The notes under the pieces: model-generated
Seen by the model: only the letters and a program-made list of their open reading frames with translations
The model's database searches: none
Told to the model about the DNA's origin: nothing
Assembly (NCBI RefSeq): GCF_001194135.2
Contig: NC_068990.1
Location: 33,464,660-33,528,659, forward strand
Reading direction: 5' to 3'
Source: Octopus bimaculoides
Taxonomy: Eukaryota
DNA: 64,000 nucleotides
Translations under genes and position numbers: made by a program
Shown: in pieces, positions 36,070 to 48,345 of the stretch
Position numbering within the stretch: the first letter of the stretch is position 1
Layout of the letters: every line of letters begins with the position of its first letter

Positions 36070-36230
36070 CCATTACACTCTTGGGGTAGTTGGCGTTAGG
36101 AAGGGCATCCAGCTGTAGAAATCATGCCAAATCAGATTGGAACCTGGTAGAAGTCTCCAGCTTACCAGTTTCAGTCAAACCATCTAATCCATGCCAGCAT
36201 GGAAAGCAGATGCTAAATGATGATGATGAT
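36070..36230 (+). mobile_element. Family C 3' tail inserted into a SINE A copy
   Basis: CCCATTACACTCTTGGGGTAGTTGGCGTTAGGAAGGGCATCC...(GAT)n, with family A sequence on both sides (about 35975-36065 and 36230-36340). Confidence 0.75.
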
Positions 36231-36379
36231 TTCACCCTTTTGGGGTTGATAAAATAGGTACCAGTCTGGTACTGGTGTCAATGTAATCAAATAGTTCCTT
36301 CCTCTCAAAATTGCTGGTTGTTTTACAAAAATTAGAAAGAATTATCATCACCACCACCACCACTATTATTATCATTATT

Positions 36380-36409
<30 letters not shown>

Positions 36410-36411
<2 letters not shown>

Positions 36412-36640
36412 GGTAGTGAGTTGGCAGAATCATTAGTGCATCAAACAAAATGCTTTGTAGCATTTCTTCTAGCTCATTATGTTCCGAGTTCAGATTCCAC
36501 TAGGGTAAACTTTGCCTTTCTTCCATAAAAGGGTTGATAAAGTAAGTACCTGTTGAGCAGTTGGGGGCAGGGCATATGACCTAATTGACTAGTCCCCTCC
36601 TATCCAAATTTCAGGCTTTGTGCCAATAGTAGAAAGAATT
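36410..36640 (+). mobile_element. SINE family A
   Basis: Head AAGGTAGTGAGTTGGCAGAATCATTAG through to tail. Confidence 0.8.
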
Positions 36641-36737
36641 ATCATCATCATCATTATCATTATTAATGTAGAAAAGATTGAGATAACTCCTCCTGAAGAT
36701 ATAGAATCAAAATTAAAAGAAGAGTGCCATTGTTATC

Positions 36738-36815
36738 TAGTGAACGATATTTCAACATCTTGTGTGTCATCAACTGGTTAAAAAAAGACACAAGATGTCG
36801 AAATATCGTTCACTA
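36738..36815. repeat. 78-bp hairpin (28-bp arms, 22-nt loop)
   Basis: TAGTGAACGATATTTCAACATCTTGTGT / ACACAAGATGTCGAAATATCGTTCACTA, one mismatch. Confidence 0.92.
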
Positions 36816-37000
36816 AATGCATATCAATATCAATAAAGTAGAGTCCATTTCCACTCTCTCATGAAAATCTGTCCAATCATGGTGAAGATAACCTTACTTG
36901 GAAAGAGGTGAATGTTGGTGACAGGAAGGGCATCCAGTCATAGAAAATCCACCTCAACAAGTTCTGTCCCACCCACGCAAGCATGGAGATGTGCACATTA

Positions 37001-37031
<31 letters not shown>

Positions 37032-37519
37032 TATTGTTGTTGTTACTTTTGTTATAACAACTTGACATTTGGGGAATTAATAAAGTTCAATCTCATTGTC
37101 AGTCATTTAATCAAAATCAAAGTAGTAGGAAATGACAACAACCAGATGATTGAAGAGGATAAGATTAATGGTTTATAAGTGATATCTGCCTCATAGGAAG
37201 GGAAGATGATCCTCACAGTATGTATGAATTGTCTGGTACATTTCTACAGTTGGCATGTAATATATAGATGTAGTGTGTCGCATGGAGGGCAACAGTGTGT
37301 TGAAGTAGTGTTGCATGAACGATTTCAGTGTGTACACAGAGTATGATATATGGAGGGCATGTAGTGCATTACATGAAGAGCCACATGTAGTGCGTTACTT
37401 AGAGGACTACTATGTGTAAATGTGGAGTTACATGGAGGATTGTAGTGCATAGATGTGTGCTGTACAGGGGATCAGAGTATGCAGATATTTGTTAAATAGA
37501 GGGCCAAAGAAAAAAGACT

Positions 37520-37725
37520 GTCTCGTTTGGTCATTTGATGAGGATGGCTGCATACTGAAGTGGCAATCACTTAAAGTGGATGGAACCTGTGGAAGAGAGA
37601 GAGAGACCCAGGAAGACATGGGATGAAATGGTGAAGACTGGTCTCAAGACACTAAGCCTCATAAAGGAGATGACAAAGGACCAAAATATCTGGCACCTTG
37701 CTGTACCCAAGAAGACCCGCCCGTC
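37520..37725 (+). mobile_element. RTE-type LINE ORF 3' end, decayed
   Basis: DEDGCILKWQSLKVDGTCGR / RPRKTWDEMVKTGLKTLSLIKEMTKDQNIWHLAVPKKTR, with a frameshift at a GA run. Confidence 0.75.
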
Positions 37726-38379
37726 ATAGCAGATTTTATATCCTAAAACTACACTGGTAATACATGTCCCCGAGGGGGGGGATCTACCCCATTAACCTTC
37801 TCCTCTCCCACCCACATTTCCTCTCCTAATACCCACCACTTCTCTTTATCACCAGCGAGCAGAATAGGCACATACTACACATCACTATCACCGCCTGGTC
37901 CACGTAGCATAATTGTATTCATTTATATATATTTCATTGAGTTGTTGCTGTTGTATGAATGAGAGACGGGTAGAGGTGGACGAGGTTACGATGACTGAAA
38001 AAGAGAGCAAAAGGGAAGGAAGGTGGTTTGAACAATGAGTTAGGAGAGAAAGAAGTAATAATGGCCAGGTATGGGAGCACAGAGAGGAGAGTCCCAAAAT
38101 AACCTGACTTTACTATTCACAGCTGTCAGCAGATTAAACCTGGATAACAAATATTGGTGAAGTATAGAAATGTAATTACATTGAATATTGAGAGGAATGA
38201 GGTGGTGGAGGTGGTGTTGGAAGAGAGCAGTGTGGTTGAAAACGGACAATAGCAAGGTAGCAGGGTTTTATACAAGTGGACAATTACTGGAACAACAACA
38301 ACATAATATTGAGAAAAAAAAATGAAAGAACAAAAAAACAGGAAGACAAAAAGACAAAAATGAGAAAAGTGGTAGTGGT

Positions 38380-38635
38380 GGTACTGGTGGTTGAAGTGGT
38401 GCTGGTGGTGGTGGTGGTGATGGTAGTGGTGGTGGTGGTGATGGTAGTGGTGGTGGTGGTGATGGTAGTGGTGGTTNNNNNNNNNNNNNNNNNNNNNNNN
38501 NNNNNNNNNNNNNNNNNNNNNNNNNNNNNNNNNNNNNNNNNNNNNNNNGTGGTGGTGATGGTAGTGGTGGTGGTGGTGATGGTAGTGGTGGTGGTGGTGA
38601 TGGTAGTGGTGGTGGTGGTGATGGTAGTGGTGGTT
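38380..38635. repeat. 18-bp minisatellite (GTGGTGGTGGTGATGGTA)n across a gap
   Basis: Perfect units on both sides of gap 38477-38548. Confidence 0.9.
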
Positions 38636-40015
38636 GAGAACAGATCTCTTAAATGCATTAATAAAATAACGATGGCCACATTGATGATGATGATGATGAT
38701 GACGATGACGACGACAGTAATGATGACGATGATGATGGTGATGGTAAAGTTGATGGAACAATGAAGATGATGGGGATGGACATAAAGCAAAACTCCATTA
38801 ACACCAAACTTGCTCCGTTTCTCAAAACCCACCGAAAACAACAACAGAGCACAATGATGGTAAAAACAACAACAACAAAAACAACTATACAAATAGCCAA
38901 AGCAAAGCACAACAGCAGTAACACCATCAACACCGTCACCACCACAGCTGCCACCACCACCACCACCACCGCCACCACCACTATTAACACCAAAACAACA
39001 ACAAAGCCGTCACACTCCAAAAAGAGAGAATGGAATCCCTAATAGCCATAGAATATATGCAATATTACAGAAGGTATTTACAGGCAAGATGCCAAGATAA
39101 GAGAATGGTTTTGGTTGTATATTTTCAATGGAATCTCCCTTGCCAATCTACAGCAGCAACCATTGTCAACAGTTTTCCCACAAATATTTTTATACTTAAT
39201 GTTTTTGGTTGCATATTCAGATTTTCTCATCAAGAATTAAAATTTATAAACAAGATTGTTTGAATAAAAAAAAAAAAACACTAACAAAATACCTGGAAGT
39301 AAATGTGTGAACATATGTGTGTGTGTGTGTGTGTGCTGGCGTGCGTGCATGAGTGTGTGTGTACACGTGTGTGTGTGTGTGTGTGTAAGATAATCTACAT
39401 ATATTTCTGATAATTTTAATATCTCTATCTCTATTTTTTTTTTACTCTTGCTGACTCTCTCTGTCTTTCTCTTTCTCTCTCTTTCATTCATATATTTTCT
39501 CACACCNNNNNNNNNNNNNNNNNNNNNNNNNNNNNNNNNNNNNNNNNNNNNNNNNNNNNNNNNNNNNNNNNNNNNNNNNNNNNNNNNNNNNNNNNNNNNN
39601 NNNNNNNNNNNNNNNNNNNNNNNNNNNNNNNNNNNNNNNNNNNNNNNNNNNNNNNNNNNNNNNNNNNNNNNNNNNNNNNNNNNNNNNNNNNNNNNNNNNN
39701 NNNNNNNNNNNNNNNNNNNNNNNNNNNNNNNNNNNNNNNNNNNNNNNNNNNNNNNNNNNNNNNNNNNNNNNNNNNNNNNNNNNNNNNNNNNNNNNNNNNN
39801 NNNNNNNNNNNNNNNNNNNNNNNNNNNNNNNNNNNNNNNNNNNNNNNNNNNNNNNNNNNNNNNNNNNNNNNNNNNNNNNNNNNNNNNNNNNNNNNNNNNN
39901 NNNNNNNNNNNNNNNNNNNNNNNNNNNNNNNNNNNNNNNNNNNNNNNNNNNNNNNNNNNNNNNNNNNNNNNNNNNNNNNNNNNNNNNNNNNNNNNNNNNN
40001 NNNNNNNNNNNNNNN

Positions 40016-40056
<41 letters not shown>

Positions 40057-40458
40057 ACATATCAATTTGAGTTAGAAGCAGCTTTAATAGCATAAACATT
40101 ATTGATGTCACATTCTTAATGTATGTGTTCTGTTCAAACGCTTTTAGGAAAAGTCACATAAGACGTAGAGTGTTAAAAAACACTGTATTCCTTAAAACCA
40201 GATTTTATGCTATCTGCATATATCTCAGACCAGCAATTTGAATTTGTTTCAAGTGAATTGAGTATATGGTATCGATGAGCTGAGATAACAGTCAGATATC
40301 AATACCTGCCATCCCTGGCAAGCCCCAAATAAGTGAATTACAAAAGATCGTATTTATGGGCACGTCATATATTCTATAGAAATTTCTCTCCTTGTAAATG
40401 TATCCTTACAAACTCTGTTTTCTTTTCTCCCACAGACATCAATGTTTTCAATTACACA

Positions 40459-40575
40459 GCATCTCACCTGTTAGCATCTTTAGATACAAAGCCTTGTCCC
40501 TTAACAATTTTTGTTGCATCTCACATGTTAGCATCTTTAGATACAAAACCTTCTTGTCCCTTGACAAATTTGGTT
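40459..40575. repeat. Tandem duplication of a ~57-bp unit
   Basis: GCATCTCAC(C/A)TGTTAGCATCTTTAGATACAAA..CTTGTCCCTT.ACAA occurs twice. Confidence 0.85.
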
Positions 40576-40619
40576 GGGACTTAGGTGCAACTCTTAAAAT
40601 AAAACAAAGTAAAAACATA

Positions 40620-40830
40620 ATCCTTTCTGCTGGAGTCACAGGGCCTCAAATTTGTGGGGAGGTGACTAGTCGATTATATCGACCCCAATTTTTCACTGGT
40701 GTTTAATTTATCAACCCTGAAAGGATGAAAGGCAAAGTCGACATTGGTGGAATTTGAACCTAGAACGTAGCGATGGGTGAAATACTGCTATGCATTTCAT
40801 CCAGCATGCTAATGATTCTGCCAGCAGTGA
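40620..40830 (-). mobile_element. SINE family A
   Basis: CCCTGAAAGGATGAAAGGCAAAGTCGACATTGGTGGAATTTGAAC. Confidence 0.82.
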
Positions 40831-40954
40831 GCTGGAAAAATTATCATTATGTAAAAACATATTATTATCATGTAAAAACATTATGATAATAATTCCTTTC
40901 ACTGTTTTAAGGAAAAGTTGAAAATGTGATGCTCTAAGCCACAGGAAGTGAAGT

Positions 40955-41272
40955 TTCATGGCTTATTGGTTAAGGTATTTGGCTCATGATCACAAAGTTG
41001 TGAGTTCAGTTCCCAGTGATGCGTTGTGTCCTTGAGCAAGACACTTTATTTCACATTGCTCCAGTTCACTTAGCTGGCAAAAATTAATAGTACCTATATT
41101 TTGAAGGGCCAGCCTTGTCACACTCTGTGTCATGCTGAATCTCCTTGAGAATTACATTAAGCGTACACATGTCTCTGGAATGCTCAGCCACTAGCATGTT
41201 AATTACATGAGCAGGCTGTTCTGTTGATTGCATCATCTGGAACCCTAGTCGTTATAACCGATGGAATGCCAG
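40955..41272 (+). mobile_element. SINE family D (tRNA-like head)
   Basis: TGGCTTATTGGTTAAGG...GTGAGTTCAGTTCCC, GTGTCCTTGAGCAAGACACTT; related pieces at about 42440-42580, 43025-43140 and 45370-45660. Confidence 0.7.
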
Positions 41273-41331
41273 GTAAGCTATAGGATAATGATCAGCTAGA
41301 TCAAGAATTGTTCTGAATATGACTTCTTTAC

Positions 41332-41520
41332 TGTCAGCTAAAAGTGGGATACGGACGTTTATTGCTTGAAGTTCTAAATCAGATTCTGAAGAATTGTTTC
41401 TATTGAAAATGTGTACTAAAGACATAGGGACATGGCTGTTGATATAGCTAATTACTGAGATAAAGTGGTTCATAACAACAAAGTTGAAGACTAGTCTTTT
41501 TAATTCCAGAGAATTATGGC
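41332..41520 (-). CDS. Candidate 189-nt exon ((G)HNSLELKRLVFNFVVMNHFISVISYINSHVPMSLVHIFNRNNSSESDLELQAINVRIPLLAD)
   Basis: Inside a 121-codon ORF; acceptor CTTCATTTTTCAG, donor GTAAAG; phase 1 to 1, not joined to neighbours. Confidence 0.3.
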
Positions 41521-41521
41521 C

Positions 41522-41745
41522 TGAAAAATGAAGCTGAAAAGTTGAGCAAACATCAAAACTAGAAACTGAAATTGAAAAACTGTGAAATACAAAAATGAAA
41601 ATATTGCATGTTGTCACCAGAGTTCTTGGTACATGGGAAAAAAGTATGCACTGACATTTTCAGTATATTCCTGTCAAACCCATGTAGTCATAGAAATTCG
41701 AACTCTCAAGAACTGCTAATACCCTTAGAAAGTTCCTGACAGTAA
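41522..41745 (+). mobile_element. Decayed restriction-like-endonuclease LINE C-terminus (R4/NeSL/CRE-type)
   Basis: KNEAEKLSKHQ-LETEIEKL*NTKMKILHVVTRVLG...TANTLRKFL matches the recalled pattern KE.EKL.KY.DL.IEI.RMW....PVV.GALG...GTA.ILRK.L. Confidence 0.6.
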
Positions 41746-42015
41746 GTATAGTTTTCTAAGTAAAGGTCTCTTGCTGATTTGAAGTTTCATTGTAATAACT
41801 AATTTAATCCATTTGTAACTATATTTCTAATGAATCACACTGTTGGAATTTATTTTAAAAATAATTTATGATGCAAAGGAATTTAGCATTAACAAATAAC
41901 TTTGTCATTATTATATTCGTGTATGAAACTTGAGAATGCTATTACATAAAATTATGAAGGAAACTTTTAATATATTTCAAAATTCAAGGTTTTTGTATTA
42001 TAATATAATTTCTTA

Positions 42016-42242
42016 TTTCTTTATTGCCCACAAGGGGCTAAACATAGAGGGGACAAACAAGGACAAAGGGATTAAGTCAATTACATCAACCCCAGTGTGT
42101 AACTGGTACTTAATTTATTGACCCCGAAAGGATGAAAGGCGAAGTCGACCTCAGCGGAATTTGAACTCAGAACGTCACGGCAGATGAAATACTGCTAAGC
42201 ATTTCGCCCGGCATGCTAACGTTTCTGCCAGCTCGCCACCTT
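42016..42242 (-). mobile_element. SINE family A, young copy
   Basis: CpG-rich and near consensus. Confidence 0.88.
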
Positions 42243-42807
42243 TTTTTTTTTGTATTATAATATAATTTTTGTCAATAATTTTCACAATCACAGTACCTCA
42301 AACTCTGTTTAGAAATAGTCAAAGTAAAAAAGTAAAGGTAAAGTTTACTTTCTCAAGTGATGTCAACTTGTAAGGGCTGGTTTCTTGGTTTCCATGGCAT
42401 ATGAATTCCCCACCGGGATGGGAAGCCGGTCTGTTGCTAGATTATTTATTCCTGTCAGCTGAGTGAACTAGAGCAATGTAAAATGAAGTGTTTTGCTCCA
42501 GAACACTATGCAGGAATCGAAACTACAGTCTTATGATCATGAGTCCAACACTCTAACCATTAAGCCACATGCCTCCACTAATAGTCAAAATAATGATATT
42601 TGGTTCACTACTTCACTTTATCATTACAGCATGGCCAAATGATTGAGAAATTTCTTTTGCAACCACAAGGTCCAGGTTTTGATTCCTCTGGGTGGCATCT
42701 TGGGTAAATGACTAGCCTAGGGTTAACCAAGCTTTGAGTGAAACCAAGTTGTTGGAAACTGCGTGGAAGCCCAGTGAATGGAGTGCACATGTCCTTTAAA
42801 GGTAAAA

Positions 42808-43018
42808 GTGGTGAGCTGGCAGAACTGTTAGTACACTGGACATAATGCATTGTGGTATTTTGTCCATCTTTATGTTTTGCACCCAAACTCCACCAAGGTC
42901 AGATTTGTCTGTCATTGTCTAAGGGTCGATAAAATAAGTATCAGTTGAGCGTTGAGGGTTCATATAATCGATCACATCCCTAACCCCCAATTTTCAGCCT
43001 TGTGTCTATAGTAAAAAG
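42808..43018 (+). mobile_element. SINE family A, diverged
   Basis: GTGGTGAGCTGGCAGAACTGTTAGTA...GGGTCGATAAAATAAGTATCAG. Confidence 0.75.
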
Positions 43019-44060
43019 GATTTAAAGGTCCAGCCTTGTCACACTGTCTCACAGATTCTACCTGGGTACACATTATGGGTACAAAAGTCTGTGGAATACT
43101 CAGTCACTTTCATGCTTATTCAATAAGTAGATATAGCTCAGTCAATCAAATAACTGAATAATCATCATTAAAAGTGATGGAAATCCATCACTTTACATAA
43201 TATCTGTAATTTATCACTTCAATCTTTTTCAGAGAGAAGGTGTTATTTGAAATTCTACAACTGCCATATTATATATAATTCAATTTACTGATATTAATAT
43301 TATTCTACCTGTTGTGTAATTACTTTAATAACTGATATATTATTTCAACAATTACAACTTTTTACACTTTTATTGCCACCTATCGTAACAACTGTGATAA
43401 TAACATTAAAGTTGTAACTGATGCGATATAAGTATTTCACCACGGCATTGACTATCTCAGTATTATTGATATCACATGACTACCTCACCTTGATATCATA
43501 TGACTGCTTCGCTATCATTACTATCTCGATACCTTTATGACTGCTATCAAGACTTGCTAAAAGTGGTAGAACACAGAACTAAATGTTTAGTTCAGAGTTC
43601 AAGTTTACTTTTCATGTCTCTGCAGGGACAATGCCATAGACAGAGTAATTTGAAAGTCTTATTAGTATTCAAATGAATTATCATCATCATTGTCATCAAC
43701 ATAACAACAGCAATAACATCTGCTTTTGCATGCATGTATGGGACAGATGAGATTCACTGAAGTAGATTTCCTATGGTTGGATGCCCTTCCTGTTGCTAAC
43801 CCTTCTGTGTTTCCAAGCAATGTGATAATTCCTCATGGTTGAATATGTTTTAGTCAAAGACTGGAAATCAACAACACCTCTTATATGATGGTGAAGCTTA
43901 TTTACAAATATCACAAATATCATGCAACAACAGAACAAAGAGAAACACACAACAAACTTCTTCCAGTTTCCATCGACCAAATCCAGTCACAAGGCTTTGG
44001 TCAGCCCCAGTCTATAGAAGGAAACACTGAGCGTTTCACCCAATGTGCTAACGTTTCTTA

Positions 44061-44262
44061 TTTCTTTACTGCCCACAAGGGGCTACACACAGAGGGGACA
44101 AACAAGGACAGACAAACGGATTAAGTCAATTATATCGACCCCAGTGCGTAACTGGTACGTATTTAATCGATTCTCGAAAGGATGAAAGGTAACGTTGACC
44201 TCGGCAGAAATTGAACTCAGAACATAGCTGTAGATATGCCACCGCGTCGTCAGCCGGCCAGT
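44061..44262 (-). mobile_element. SINE family A
   Basis: Same subtype as 42016-42242. Confidence 0.8.
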
Positions 44263-44544
44263 TNNNNNNNNNNTATATGTATATATATATATATATATAT
44301 GAAAACAGATCCAGAGTGAAAGGTGAAGGTAGAGGAGATAAAAGGCAAAGAGAGTGTTGTATGAATGAGAAAGGAAGGGGTGATAGATGAATAACAAAGG
44401 AAGGAGTGAAAAAGCTGACGAATGGCATTTGAAGTGTGAGTATATGTGTGTGTAAAAGAGAGGTATGTTTGCATGTGTGTGTGTGTACAATGGAAATGGG
44501 ATGGTAATGTTCAATGCTGAAAATGTATGAGTATGTGTGTGTAT

Positions 44545-44805
44545 GTGTGTGCATGTACAAGAGAACTATGTGAAACATTACATATACAGGTAAAGTAAAG
44601 AAAATATAAAAAATAATCCAGAATCCTTGTCCGGTACGGGATCGATCCCAAAATATAATCAGTTTGTGCCAGTCACGAGGCCAAACATCTCTGAAAGTTT
44701 CATCCAAATTCATCCAGCAGTTCTTGAAATATCTTGTCCATGGGCAAACAAACAAACACAACTGAAAATAATACCTCTGCCTTCACTAAGGCAGAGGTAA
44801 TAATC
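44545..44805. mobile_element. Unclassified repeat fragment
   Basis: CpG-containing GATCCCAAAATATAATCAGTTTGTGCCAGTCACGAGGCC...GAAAATAATACCTCTGCCTTCACTAAGGCAGAGGTAA with terminal hairpin; recognised only by recall. Confidence 0.35.
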
Positions 44806-45120
44806 CTTCTAACAAAGCCAGAAAACCAGAAGTTTGTGTAAAGTTGGTTAGTCAAATCCATTGACCCCAGTAATATGATATATTCTTGATAGTCACAGAA
44901 GGATGAAAGACAAAAGCAAAAAAGACCTCAGCAGCATTTAAACTCACAATGTAAAATGCTGGAACAAACATTACAAAACAATTCTTCCACTGCTCTAACG
45001 ATTCTGTCAGGCTTCTTTTCTAAGTACCAATATTAACATTGTTCCAACAGACCACCCAAACTCTGAGATTAACACAAAGTTCAACTTTACTCTAATGCTT
45101 TAAATTTTTCATACTCTTAC

Positions 45121-45175
45121 CTGCAGATTACTGATATATTTCTACATTTGTAGATTACATGTGAGGAAAAATGAC
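45121..45175 (-). CDS. Candidate 55-nt exon (HFSSHVIYKCRNISVICR)
   Basis: Consensus donor CAG/GTAAGA; acceptor GATTCTGTCAG; one open frame, phase 1 to 2 (compatible with the 35620 exon). Confidence 0.35.
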
Positions 45176-45373
45176 CTGACAGAATCATTAACATATCTTG
45201 AAAAAATGCCTTCTGGTGTTTACATTCTGGTTTCAGATTCTGCTAGGGTCAGTTTTGCCTTTCATCCCACCAAAAAATAAAAATAATAATACAAGGATCA
45301 AATGTCCTTTCCAAGCCATATTCTCATAAAGCTAGTTCCCCAGATTCTGTGGTGTGTGTATTCTTCTACTCAT

Positions 45374-45620
45374 TTTTACCAGCTGAGTAGACTGGGGCAA
45401 CATGAAATGAAGTGCTTTGCTCGAAAATATAAAGCATCACCTTATCCAGGGATTGAAACAACAATGTTGTGATCATCACTCTTGTGCCTAAATGAGAAAT
45501 TATTATTATTGCTCACTTTTACCAGCTGAGTAGACTGGGGCAATGTGAAATGAAGTGTTTTGCTCAAAAATATAATGCTTCACCTGATCCAGGGATTGAA
45601 ACCACAATGTTGTGATCATG
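45374..45620. repeat. Tandem duplication (~144-bp period) of a SINE D fragment
   Basis: TTTTACCAGCTGAGTAGACTGGGGCAA...CCAGGGATTGAAAC.ACAATGTTGTGATCAT occurs twice. Confidence 0.85.
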
Positions 45621-45792
45621 TTGTGATCATCACCATAACCACTAAGCTATACACTTCCACTTCCATTCCACCAGGGTTGATAAAATAAAGCATCAGTCAA
45701 ATATTGTGGCTCATGGTATCAACCAATTTCCTCCCCTCATAATAGTTGGCCTTATGCCTTAATGAGAAATTATTATTATTATTATCATTAAC

Positions 45793-46010
45793 AAGGCGAC
45801 AAGCTGGCAGAATGGTTAGCATGCCAAGCAAAATGCTTAGTGGCATTTTGTCCAACTTTACATGCTGAGTTCAAACTCTGCTGATGTCAACTTTGCCTTT
45901 CCTTCTTTCGAGGTCAATAAAATAAGTACCAGTTCAGCACTGGGGTTGATGTAATCAACTTAGTCCCTCCCCTGAAACTGTAGATCTTGTGCCAAAATTT
46001 GAAACCATTA
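45793..46010 (+). mobile_element. SINE family A
   Basis: AAGGCGACAAGCTGGCAGAATGGTTAGCA head through to tail. Confidence 0.85.
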
Positions 46011-46144
46011 TTATTATTATTATTATCATAGTCGTTGTTGCTGTTGTTACTTTGTTGTTATTTATTTAACATATGAAGAAAAACATTTCATTTTGCTTTG
46101 CTTATTTTTTGATATATTTAAATTCTCTTAAACTCATTACTCAC

Positions 46145-46170
46145 TTAGAAAAGAAAGTCTGCAGTGCCAT
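46145..46170 (-). CDS. Candidate 26-nt exon (WHCRLSFL or MALQTFFS)
   Basis: Acceptor ATATATTTCAG, donor GTGAGT. Confidence 0.22.
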
Positions 46171-46331
46171 CTGAAATATATTGTGTAACCATTGACATTG
46201 AGACAGAATTTATATGGCTAGAGGAGAACATATAAGAAAATATAGCGAAGAAGAAACATAATTTTATTATCATGATTAATATTATTTTTATTATTATTAT
46301 CATTATAAATAATAACAATAATAATAATAAC

Positions 46332-46375
<44 letters not shown>

Positions 46376-46843
46376 TAATAATAATAATAATAATAATGAT
46401 AGTGTAGTAATAATAATCATATTGAGAACAACACTTTCATGATCATCTGATTAAAGAAGAAAGGAAATTGTCAACACAGACAGAAAACAAATCTTTTACA
46501 CAGGAAAATATTAAATATTTCAAGTTATTTAATCTTTGCTCTTTTTATTTTTCCTTCATTTCATTAGAAGCGTGTTATTCAATTAAATTATAGACTGCTT
46601 AACTGGAAAATAACATATGTCTATTTTATTTATGTCCAAAAAAGGGTGAATCACAGACAAAACACTTAAATTAAATAATCTTCTTATTCTACATACATAT
46701 TGACACACAGTCATATATACTCACACAACTATGTGTGTGTGTGTGTGTGTGTATACATAAAAACTTAGAGGGAGAGGGAGAGCGAGAGAAAGAAAGAGAG
46801 AGAGAGAGGGAGAGAGAGAGAGAGAGAGAGAGANNNNNNNNNN

Positions 46844-46891
<48 letters not shown>

Positions 46892-47659
46892 ATTCAATTA
46901 ATGAATGCATTTTTTTTCTCCTCCTTTCATCATCTTCCCCGTTCAATGTGAACGAAGCACTTTACAAATAAACTCAGCTTTTTAAACTCTAAAAAAATTT
47001 AAAGTAAACTGGACTTTATATAAAACAAATGAACATTGATTTATCCGCTCTTCTTCTTCTTTAAATAAAACACTTGTTTCCTGTTCATTAAATTTTATTG
47101 CAGTTTTTAGCTAAGACTGAGCAAATAATATTGAAACAAGACTTTTTCAATATTTGATGAGGTAAACATGGGAAGTTTATCAATATTGTAATGCAGATCA
47201 TAAAACACTGCTAACTCGTTAGTGTTTCACAGAAATTGTCAGCAATATTTTTAACCTCTTACCCACAGAATGTGTGCACTACAAGTATAATTGGTTGCAT
47301 ATCAGAGTTTCTTGGATTGGATTTGTTAAGAAACAAGGGTTAAAGAATAGCTTTATATAATCTCAGCTTTCTAAACTAACACATAAAGAATAAAACATGA
47401 AAGAAACTCAATGTAAATTAGATCTTCAGAATCAACAGAACTGTTTTCACTTCTAATCAAAAGTTAATCACTTCTTCCTGTTTTGGTGATAAATATTCTA
47501 GACTGCAGATCATAATGTATAATGCTGAAAAAAATCAATGGAGGGTTCTCGTCTGAAGAGGTTTGATGGAATACACAGCAGTGGTGTTTACGCATGCATT
47601 CTGATGATTCTCTTAAAAGTAGGCCAGGCATCTAAACTAAATAAGTAATCATGGTGATG

Positions 47660-47698
<39 letters not shown>

Positions 47699-47729
47699 AT
47701 ATTTTTTATGTCTCAAATAATAATGATTT

Positions 47730-47942
47730 GAAATTTTACCACAAGAGCAGCAGTCTGGAGGGGGGGAGGGGATGAGTCAATTACATCGACCCTAGTGTTC
47801 AACTGGTACTTATTTTATCGACCCTGAAAGGATGAAAGGCAAAGTCAACCTCAGCAGAATTTGAACTCAGAACATAGCAATGGATGAAATATCGGTAAGC
47901 ATTTCACCTGGCATGCTAACGATTCTGATAGATTGATGCCTT
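47730..47942 (-). mobile_element. SINE family A
   Basis: Collinear with other copies. Confidence 0.82.
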
Positions 47943-47974
47943 ATGTCTCAAATAATAATATTGATTATATTGAT

Positions 47975-48345
47975 ATAGGTGCAGGAGTGGCTGTGTGGTA
48001 AGTAGCTTGCTTACCAACCACATGGTTCCAGGTTCATTCCCACTGCGTGGCACCTTGGGCAAGTGTCTTCAACTATAACCTCGGGCTGACCAAAGCCTTG
48101 TGAAGAAGCCTGTCATATATATGTATATATATATATGTATGTGTGTGTGTATATGTTTGTGTGTCTGTGTTTGTCCCCCCAACATCGCTTGACAACTGAT
48201 GGTGGTATGTTTACGTCCCTGTAACTTAGCGGTTTGGCAAAAGAGACAGATAGAATAAGTACTAGGCTTACAAAGAATAAGTCTTGGGGTTGATTTGCTT
48301 GACTAAAGGTGGTGAAACAAGTAAAAGAGTAAAAAGAGAGAGTAT
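47975..48345 (+). mobile_element. SINE family B with two internal deletions
   Basis: Head GGTGCAGGAGTGGCTGTGTGGTAAGTAGC; tail GAAACAAGTAAAAGAGTAAAA. Confidence 0.88.

Noticed and set aside
38126-39042. His-, Thr- and Val-rich ORFs that look like metal-binding or mucin-like proteins
   Set aside because: All frames on both strands are open because of trinucleotide-based repeats; no splice or homology evidence
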